Below are positions 58,501 to 64,000 of a stretch of 64,000 nucleotides of DNA, piece by piece (the first letter of the stretch is position 1; each line of letters begins with the position of its first letter). The stretch lies in the IMG/VR virus record IMGVR_UViG_3300042448_001704, positions 1-64,000 of that record; one strand, 5' to 3'. Under the pieces are notes generated by a model, which saw only the letters and a list, made by a program, of their open reading frames with translations, did not search any database and had not been told where the DNA came from. A program made the translations under genes and the position numbers. This DNA comes from a virus.

Positions 58501-58605
58501 TATGTCCCTATTGGTAGTTCTATTCCCATCTCCACGAGAAGAGTTCTTATAGCAATGGCTGCATGTGCAATGGTTGCCCCTGTATCAATTAGGCGCGTCC
58601 TGTAA
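55531..58605 (+). CDS. Secreted, C-terminally anchored surface protein: beta-propeller, FN3, Thr/Pro stalk, acidic repeats
   Basis: Signal peptide MKKFASL...VKA; WxxVxYGxGKFVAV...SxDGxxW repeats; poly-Thr; C-terminal RRVLIAMAACAMVAPVSIRR. Confidence 0.8.
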   Translation: MKKFASLTRLLIFIPVLFFGLSSPPVKASTITDTFDNLDGWTINSGNPIANGSLRFTYFYSSVTKTISVPGAGTLTASIDVNNSETNCIGNCTPVPDTYAFHLGDAHIDSSTAHATIRLTQSVTTTSAGDVVLYLGGIDNGFWGGHYGPVMDNLSYEFVPAAPVATGYPADQNWEAVTYGDGKFVAVASSGDGNRVMTSTNGNYWVSRTSASNSNWQGITYADSQFVAVGSNAVMTSPDGITWTSRTAPTGEWQAITNCGGLFVATATWGNNYIMSSPDGIDWTVRSPSTAWSHDAVACSATVPRFVSVSMFGRGWSSPNGITGWSTQNPGAIVDIRTVAFGNGRFSWLEYSTNSGNRYGAYSTNGVNWTNTASAPANQWKYITYGGNKFIAVAEGGVNTRSAYSTDGANWTLGSGVPNNSWQGVAYGAGKYVAVANSGTGNRVMTSSDGQSWESLSVAYFNAVQNLTAVANEDGSVTLNWDAPEASNTEIYGYSVNFVDYDDGVERGGWGVWTTAANTSYLLSHDMFDGGNSVTTGYGSVRFKVYAMNGPCAGVGSGSCLYGPSTSADAIVLEPTVPTTTTSTTSTTSTSLPPTTTTSTIVISPINNTTTTTEPVVVLPPTDNTTVSIPELDLTPVLTPEPETTVTTISPTTTTLIETIFDTPVEVTPVETPASEGNTEGDGPITSIPQYAPEQETTTQTDEPPVVVPEAVQDAADAAVEDIFDGPMSNAGLANAVDDLVADAETPEQLTAVVNSLLDQELSDTQFATVIDSVFSEPLTDENFAAAVDAVFEDPTQLSDAQFEDAVVAVFDGPLSNAQFEDAVEAVFENTTSLSDEQFDAAVQAVFDEPLTTEQFTEALSAVFDEPITDEKFDAIIDAVLDEPLTEEQFEELVNVLESDTVTEEQVSAAVDSVIENGVTEDQAVDLATSAKVLESVDGEQATEIFATVDISAVTEEEAAQLVEAVQSAPTEVREAMESEINVFQGAIDTYVPIGSSIPISTRRVLIAMAACAMVAPVSIRRVL
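57680..58320 (+). repeat. About 15-aa acidic repeats (L(S/T)DEQFxxAVxAVFDEP) in the surface protein
   Basis: More than ten imperfect consecutive copies in the translation. Confidence 0.85.
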
Positions 58606-58652
58606 TTAAAATGATACAATATGTATTGTCCCTATGCATTTAACGAGGTTGC

Positions 58653-58823
58653 ATGTTTAGTCATTTAAGAGATGAACTGGTAGCTACGATTTGGACCCTT
58701 GCTGGCACGGCATTGGTTCTAATTACCCTGAGTGGGGACACTCAAAAAAAGGGATTACTTATCTCTGGTGGTGCCTTCGTACTTCATGTGTTCGGTTTGA
58801 TGTTCACAAAAAGCGAAGAATAA
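58653..58823 (+). CDS. 56-aa two-TM membrane protein, below the track cutoff
   Basis: GAGG then ATG at 58653; MFSHLRDELVATIWTLAGTALVLITLSGDT...FTKSEE. Confidence 0.7.
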   Translation: MFSHLRDELVATIWTLAGTALVLITLSGDTQKKGLLISGGAFVLHVFGLMFTKSEE

Positions 58824-58847
58824 AAACACTTTAATTAGTAACGGACG

Positions 58848-59105
58848 ATGAAAAATATGGCAATGATCAAAAACATTTTACTTAGAATTATCGCAGTCTT
58901 TGCTGCGTCAGGTCTTGGCGTCATAGGAGCCGGAGCAATAGCGGGAATACCTCTCTGGAAAGCATGCTTCATGGCGGGCATGGCGGGCGTTGCCACGGTC
59001 GTAGAAGGGCTTTCACGGGCGTTCCTTGATGACGGCAAGATAGACGCTTCAGAAATAAACGACGTATTTGCCAAGGTTGACAAAAAGAAAGCTGCTGCGC
59101 AATAG
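58848..59105 (+). CDS. Holin-like two-TM protein
   Basis: Two hydrophobic helices, charged tail, immediately upstream of the putative endolysin. Confidence 0.55.
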   Translation: MKNMAMIKNILLRIIAVFAASGLGVIGAGAIAGIPLWKACFMAGMAGVATVVEGLSRAFLDDGKIDASEINDVFAKVDKKKAAAQ

Positions 59106-59148
59106 GTTCTACTGTATAATATAGTTATCCAATTAGGAGGACTTTATC

Positions 59149-59676
59149 GTGGCACGTAAGTACAGCTATTATCCCGCATTTGACGGTAAGGGCGCACAGC
59201 CTGGCACGGAAAAATTAAACGCACTTTGTGCGGCACGTTGGAAAACCCGCAATCTGGGGATTTATTCCGCACGTTTGATGAGAAATTCTCACACAGAGGG
59301 TAAGAAAATTGGCGATCCAGGCATGGAAAAGTGGCTATCGGTTCACGCAACTGGGGCTGCCATAGACATCGGATATACGGATCGCAAGGTTGGCGTAGCA
59401 ATGTGGGATTGGTTCTTGGCCAACACCGCAGCTCTCGGTATTGAAGAAATTCACGACTATGCCTTTGATGCAAATGCAAAAGACAAGAACAAAGGCTTCG
59501 GAAGAGGCTTCCGCTGCAGCCGCGGCGAAGGGGCTAAGGGCGTAAAAATTTTCACCGCCGATGACAATGCCGGAAGTTTCGGCGGCCTTTGGTTGCACGT
59601 AGAGCTTTCTCCAGAAATGGCAAAAGACGCAGCTAAATTTGAAGCCGCCTGGCGCGCTCTTCCAAAACCTGCATAA
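59149..59676 (+). CDS. Putative endolysin, Zn peptidase of the M15/LAS type
   Basis: SVHATGAAID (HxxxxxxD) and WLHVE; AGGAGG RBS. Confidence 0.7.
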   Translation: MARKYSYYPAFDGKGAQPGTEKLNALCAARWKTRNLGIYSARLMRNSHTEGKKIGDPGMEKWLSVHATGAAIDIGYTDRKVGVAMWDWFLANTAALGIEEIHDYAFDANAKDKNKGFGRGFRCSRGEGAKGVKIFTADDNAGSFGGLWLHVELSPEMAKDAAKFEAAWRALPKPA

Positions 59677-59756
59677 ATAAAACATTTATCTTGTTGTCTG
59701 GGTACCGCCCAAAAAATAAGATTTATCGGAATTAGCCTAATAAACAACGCCTAAAG

Positions 59757-59765
59757 TGCTACTTT
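59757..59765 (+). promoter_or_regulatory. Extended -10 element TGcTACTTT, leaderless-type
   Basis: Ends 6 nt before the ATG at 59772; no RBS. Confidence 0.5.
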
Positions 59766-59771
59766 ACTTGT

Positions 59772-60110
59772 ATGGCTGCTCAAACCGATGAACTCATATG
59801 GCATAAAGATGGCCACAAAATTGAGTTATTGATCCAAAAATCAAGTCTTCTTATCGTTAATGTGTACTGCCCTTTTCAAGGTGCCGAAGATGCTCCATGT
59901 AGTCACTGGGAAACTCCATGTGTAGTTAAGTGGTTTATTGACCTATACGCACTTGAATGCAACGTTGGGGTGTGTGTACCTCAAAAAGAACTAGAAATTG
60001 CTTGGTCTTTCGCCGGTTCCAAGGAGAAAGATATTGCTCAATGTCAGGTCTGGTTCATTCCTACCGAAGACGAGGCTTTTGCCGCTTGGCTAGTCACTCA
60101 GATTGAGTAA
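59772..60110 (+). CDS. Hypothetical Cys/Trp-containing protein
   Basis: 112 aa ORF with an extended -10 element just upstream. Confidence 0.75.
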   Translation: MAAQTDELIWHKDGHKIELLIQKSSLLIVNVYCPFQGAEDAPCSHWETPCVVKWFIDLYALECNVGVCVPQKELEIAWSFAGSKEKDIAQCQVWFIPTEDEAFAAWLVTQIE

Positions 60111-60543
60111 TTATCTTGCTGATAAAGGAAATTAAGCGCCGTATATCGCTGTGGTTTTCGGCGTTTTCAAAGACTATTGAGTATTCAAACCGACCGTTTA
60201 CTTTTGTTCTTGCTATGAGGTCTTCTGACTGAAGCTTTGTAATTGCTTTAGTGATGTTTGTTTCGGTAACTCCAAGAAATACAGACATTTCCCTCACTGT
60301 TAATCCTGGTCTTTCAATCAATAAAATCAACACTCTTCCGTAGGGGGTCAGTAGTGACACTATGTTTTGAGGCATGTATGAAATTATGTTCTGTTCGTCA
60401 AGAGATGTAAGAATATTCTCAACAAGCAGTTTCACATCTGCCGTATCGCCAATAACCGACCTCACCGTATTCTCAAGAGGTGTTCTTAAAACATGATCGC
60501 GCTTTGACTGATGACGAGATTGTTTTGGTTTGGGTCTAGACAC
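60094..60543 (-). CDS. MarR-like winged-helix regulator
   Basis: LTPYGRVLILL...PGLTVREMSVFLGVTETNITKAITKL...LIART. Confidence 0.8.
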   Translation of the reverse strand: MSRPKPKQSRHQSKRDHVLRTPLENTVRSVIGDTADVKLLVENILTSLDEQNIISYMPQNIVSLLTPYGRVLILLIERPGLTVREMSVFLGVTETNITKAITKLQSEDLIARTKVNGRFEYSIVFENAENHSDIRRLISFISKIITQSE

Positions 60544-60608
60544 GAGACTTACTGTACTCTATAGTAAGTCAAGTTAGCAAACAAACTGCACTACAAAAAT
60601 GGAGTCAC

Positions 60609-60848
60609 ATGTCAGAACTGTCCGAAAGACTAAAAACAATTTCGTCTGGTTCAAAAACCCCCTGTCCTTTGGGGAAGATACTTTTAGATCTTGATAAAGA
60701 AACATCAGAAGCGCTTCAACTTGCTTTGGAAAGTAGAGTAGCAACAAGAATAATTCATCTTGAACTATCTGGTGCTGGCATGAAAATTGGAAGAGACACA
60801 ATAACTCAACACCGCAATGGTTGGTGCAGATGCGGAAAGGGTCAGTAA
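60609..60848 (+). CDS. Small protein (CP...HRxGxCxC) coupled to the phosphoesterase
   Basis: GGAG RBS; TAATG overlap with the next gene. Confidence 0.75.
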   Translation: MSELSERLKTISSGSKTPCPLGKILLDLDKETSEALQLALESRVATRIIHLELSGAGMKIGRDTITQHRNGWCRCGKGQ

Positions 60849-62044
60849 TGACTACAAACAAAAAAACACCCGGACTATCAAATCGTCTCACAGAAGCCGC
60901 TGGAAGTATCAACAAAAAAGAAGCTAACGCTAAACTTCTTGGTTCAATTGCAGAAATGCTAGAACGTAAAAATATTGATATCACCGAAATCGGAGATATT
61001 AAACGCGTTTCTCTTTATCAATCAATGATTAAAGATGACCAAGGCGAAGCGCAAATTCACGACCTTGCCGCAATTCAATTTTCACCAAAATGGGAGTCTG
61101 GTCCAGAGTGGCCCGTTGTACAGCAAGGGAAACCAGTACAACTACAAAAGACAACGACAAAACCCAAAACAGCAACAGACTTCAAAACGTGCATTGTGGT
61201 ACCCGATATACAGTTCGGTTTCTTTAGAAACAAGAACGGTGAACTGGAACCAACACACGACGATGCGGCAATTGCAATTTTGTTAGCAATGATTAAAGAC
61301 GTAAAGCCGGATTTGATTGCCTGTGTTGGTGACAACCTTGACCTTCCAGAAATGGGCAAGTACATCAACTATCCGTCGTATGCACAAACAACACAAGCGT
61401 CAATTGACCGAGCAACAATGTTCTGTGCTCAAATGCGAGACGCTGCACCACACGCACGGATTGTTTGGCTTGCTGGAAACCACGAAGAAAGAATGCCGAA
61501 GTATCTAGTTCAAAACGCTGGAGCGGCATATGGATTGAGAAAAGGAATGACACCAGAGTCATGGCCTGTTCTTTCAGTTCCATATCTTTGCCGTATGGAA
61601 GATTACGGTGTTGAGTACAAGCCTGGATATCCAGCAGCTGACCTTTGGATTAATAAGAAGTTAAAAATTATTCATGGTGACAGAGTTAAGTCCAACGGTT
61701 CTACTGCACATGTATATTTGAATGCAGAGAAAGTATCGGTTATTTATGGGCACATCCACCGCATTGAAACGGCGTTTAAAACACGCGAAGACTACGATGG
61801 TGCTAGGACAATCATGGCTGCATCTCCTGGGTGTCTTGCTCGTATTGATGGTGCTATTCCTTCTACCCGAGGTGGGGTAGACCTAGACGGTCGTCCTTTG
61901 ACACGTTTTGAAAACTGGCAACAAGGCATTGGTGTAATTACCTATGAAGAAACCGGCGATCACAAGTTCTCTTACGAAGTTGCAACTATCTATAACGGAT
62001 GGTGCATGTATCGTGGCAAAGAATACATCGCTGAAAGAAGCTAA
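60848..62044 (+). CDS. Calcineurin-like metallophosphoesterase
   Basis: VVPDIQ, VGDNLD, AGNHE, IHGD, YGHIHR. Confidence 0.88.
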   Translation: MTTNKKTPGLSNRLTEAAGSINKKEANAKLLGSIAEMLERKNIDITEIGDIKRVSLYQSMIKDDQGEAQIHDLAAIQFSPKWESGPEWPVVQQGKPVQLQKTTTKPKTATDFKTCIVVPDIQFGFFRNKNGELEPTHDDAAIAILLAMIKDVKPDLIACVGDNLDLPEMGKYINYPSYAQTTQASIDRATMFCAQMRDAAPHARIVWLAGNHEERMPKYLVQNAGAAYGLRKGMTPESWPVLSVPYLCRMEDYGVEYKPGYPAADLWINKKLKIIHGDRVKSNGSTAHVYLNAEKVSVIYGHIHRIETAFKTREDYDGARTIMAASPGCLARIDGAIPSTRGGVDLDGRPLTRFENWQQGIGVITYEETGDHKFSYEVATIYNGWCMYRGKEYIAERS

Positions 62045-62050
62045 ATATCC

Positions 62051-62308
62051 TTGAGGCGCAAATCAAAACAGAAAACAGATGTTGATCTGCTGGATGAAAT
62101 AAAGTATTTGACTTCCGAGTTGAGAATAATGTCTTCAATGTGTCTTGAGGAAACAGCCCTTGCTGACCTCATGCATCAAACCATTGTCAATATTTTAAAC
62201 AAACTGCCTGTTGATTGGCGTATGGAAATACTTCCTGAAATTAAACACGCTGTTCTTTATTACGAAAACCGTAGAGATGGAGAAGAAGACGACCCAGATG
62301 ATTGGTAG
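62051..62308 (+). CDS. Hypothetical protein
   Basis: 85 aa, TTG start uncertain. Confidence 0.55.
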   Translation: MRRKSKQKTDVDLLDEIKYLTSELRIMSSMCLEETALADLMHQTIVNILNKLPVDWRMEILPEIKHAVLYYENRRDGEEDDPDDW

Positions 62309-62322
62309 TCAATACTGACTAT

Positions 62323-62493
62323 CTATTTTTTGGTTTTCTTGTCAGTGGCTTTAGATTCAAAAAAATCATCAAGCGCTTGTCTTATAATGGAACCGCGTGA
62401 GAGTTTAAGTTGATCTGCGATTGAATCAAGTTTTTCTGCCCGTTCCCGGGAAATGTGAATTACTAGTTTCTCAAAATCTTTATTTTCAGACAT
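62323..62493 (-). CDS. Ribbon-helix-helix (CopG-like) regulator
   Basis: KLVIHIS...KLDSIADQLKLSRGSIIRQALDDF; ATG at 62493 after AGAGG (the track start lies inside the tRNA). Confidence 0.8.
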   Translation of the reverse strand: MSENKDFEKLVIHISRERAEKLDSIADQLKLSRGSIIRQALDDFFESKATDKKTKK

Positions 62494-62511
62494 TTTGCCT
62501 CTTTGTTGTAG

Positions 62512-62587
62512 TGGTGCCTTCGGTTGGACTTGAACCAACGACCTGCGGATTAGAAGTCCGTTGCTCTATCCGCTGAGCTACGAAGGC
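62512..62587 (-). tRNA. tRNA-Arg, anticodon UCU, with encoded CCA
   Basis: GCCTTCG TAGCTCAGCGGATAGAGC AACGGA CT TCT AA TCCGC AGGTC GTTGG TTCAAGT CCAAC CGAAGGC A CCA; 76-nt cloverleaf. Confidence 0.95.
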
Positions 62588-62633
62588 TTAATTGTTTTAT
62601 GTTATCAGGCGTAAAAATGCTACGCTTCTGTTT

Positions 62634-63293
62634 ATGCAAGAAACAAATAGAGAAATTATTGACAAACAACTAAACGACTCCCTCAATGCTCCGAGAAGTA
62701 AATATAAACTTTCCGAGACAATAGAAACGATGACTTCTAGTTTGCGCAAAATAATCAGCAATATATATTTTGTTGATCCGTTGTACGAAAATGAAGAACT
62801 ACTAGAAACAGCAAAACGTTTAGAGCATTTAGTTGAAAAAGCGAAAATAGATGAACTTTTTCCTCCCTGGCTTAATATCTCTTACAAAAATCCATTGTCT
62901 GGATTAATGAACCCAATAGCTCCTCCATTGGTTTACCCAAAAGTTGGTCAAACAGACTTTCATGTTTCGTTCAACAAGGCACACCAAGGAATGAACAATG
63001 TTGTTCACGGTGGTGTTCTTGCTTCCGTTCTTGATGAAGCAATACAGAAAACAAGTCAGCAGATAGGAAAATTTTGTGCGACTTCCGAGATAACTACAGT
63101 TTTTAAAAAACCCACACCAACAAATGTTGAGCTAATTATAAGAAGTAAAATAGTTGACATTCAAGAAAACAGAATACTCATAACGGCCGAACTGTTATGC
63201 AATGAAGTAATTACAGCAGTAGCAACTGCCACTATGGTGCCGATTGATATAGAAAAAATTAAAAAATCGGTTTCCGATACTCTAAAATCTTAA
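62634..63293 (+). CDS. PaaI-family hot-dog thioesterase
   Basis: PLSGLMNPIAPP...HQGMNNVVHGGVLASVLDEA...FKKPTP. Confidence 0.85.
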   Translation: MQETNREIIDKQLNDSLNAPRSKYKLSETIETMTSSLRKIISNIYFVDPLYENEELLETAKRLEHLVEKAKIDELFPPWLNISYKNPLSGLMNPIAPPLVYPKVGQTDFHVSFNKAHQGMNNVVHGGVLASVLDEAIQKTSQQIGKFCATSEITTVFKKPTPTNVELIIRSKIVDIQENRILITAELLCNEVITAVATATMVPIDIEKIKKSVSDTLKS

Positions 63294-63361
63294 CCAACCA
63301 GAGCGATGGCTGCAATTAGAACGACTGCTGACCATGCAATAAACTTAACTACGAATTTCAT
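63290..63361 (-). CDS. 23-aa hydrophobic micropeptide
   Basis: MKFVVKFIAWSAVVLIAAIALVG; ATGA overlap with the stop of 63358..63549; fills the gap exactly. Confidence 0.5.
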   Translation of the reverse strand: MKFVVKFIAWSAVVLIAAIALVG

Positions 63362-63549
63362 TTTGATCCTTGTTTTTGTGATTGGTAATAGGGGTTATTC
63401 TTATCATGCACCAGGGTCGCATACCCTGCCTGAAGGTAATCGCCCCAATTGTCGTTCATATATTTGAACCATGCTTTACGATCAGATTCTGACATGTCTT
63501 TCCAGACTGCAAAGTTGGCTCCTATTTCAGGTTCGCTACCGATTGCCAT
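63358..63549 (-). CDS. Small hypothetical protein
   Basis: 63 aa, AAGG RBS. Confidence 0.7.
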   Translation of the reverse strand: MAIGSEPEIGANFAVWKDMSESDRKAWFKYMNDNWGDYLQAGYATLVHDKNNPYYQSQKQGSK

Positions 63550-63558
63550 TACAAAACC

Positions 63559-64000
63559 TTACGAAAATACTGTTGGGATAGTTGAGAGAACAACAGCACC
63601 GAACAGCCATATGAGTACCGAAAAGGTTGATAGATAAGCAACAAGGTTTTTCATCTTCATGACGGTTGTGATACCTAGAAGAAACAAAGAAACAGCGAAT
63701 AGTCCTGTGAGCATCTGAAGTTGATTGCTGTATTTTCCCTCAGTATCAGACAAATTTGTCCAATACTCGCTGCTTTTGTGTGTTTCAGTGTACGGGTTAT
63801 ACAGTTCGTCCATATAAGTCTTGCAGCCTGGTAGAAACCCTTTTGGATTTTCATAAAAACACGGCATAGCAAACACATACAACTCGTAAGACCCATTGGC
63901 TGTCTTTATGTCGGAGTAAATGTCATCCATACTAACACCGTCCACCAACACACGAACTTGTTTGTCTTTCCATACAGACAGGTCGTCTCGGTATTTTACT
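63559..64000 (-). CDS. Membrane protein, 5'-truncated by the window edge
   Basis: Frame stays open to the end of the window; two C-terminal TM helices. Confidence 0.7.
   Translation of the reverse strand, partial: VKYRDDLSVWKDKQVRVLVDGVSMDDIYSDIKTANGSYELYVFAMPCFYENPKGFLPGCKTYMDELYNPYTETHKSSEYWTNLSDTEGKYSNQLQMLTGLFAVSLFLLGITTVMKMKNLVAYLSTFSVLIWLFGAVVLSTIPTVFS

Noticed and set aside
62512-62587. tRNA as a prophage attachment site
   Set aside because: No integrase or duplicated tRNA end seen, and small phage-like genes continue on both sides.
1-64000. Alternative genetic code
   Set aside because: Standard-code ORFs tile the window densely and all three stops end genes; the tRNA is not a suppressor.

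Overview
Densely coding segment of a large tailed dsDNA phage with a contractile tail (myovirus-type). The host is probably actinobacterial: several genes look leaderless, and the thioesterase, holin-like and surface-protein genes fit, but this is inference. Layout: (1) 1-13.4 kb, minus strand, head module with a portal-MuF fusion, an extended HK97-type prohead protease, a PepSY/Cys-rich neighbour and three large putative head-cargo proteins sharing an RCPxG...(F/I)TD...CG motif. The first (1-1875) runs off the window and is absent from the ORF track. (2) 13.4-19.8 kb: terminase large subunit, Rad52-like annealase, RecB/Cas4-like nuclease and a PAPS-reductase-like + ParB-like (IbrA/IbrB-type) pair. 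(3) 19.8-44.8 kb: neck, sheath, tube, frameshifted chaperone, tape measure, baseplate and many fibre genes, ending in a Gly-rich protein with a ~40% His insert. (4) 44.8-55.5 kb: accessory block with a flavin-dependent halogenase, 2OG-Fe(II) oxygenases, a nuclease, small proteins sharing an N-terminal tag, and a Cys-rich protein. (5) 55.5-64 kb: secreted surface protein, lysis genes, regulators, metallophosphoesterase, tRNA-Arg(UCU) and thioesterase. The best candidate for an undescribed system is an unannotated two-gene cassette present twice, once beside the His-rich protein and once beside the Cys-rich protein, with tailoring enzymes in between. No major capsid protein, small terminase, CRISPR array, reverse transcriptase or integrase was recognised. 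All family calls are by-eye motif recognition; no database searches were run.
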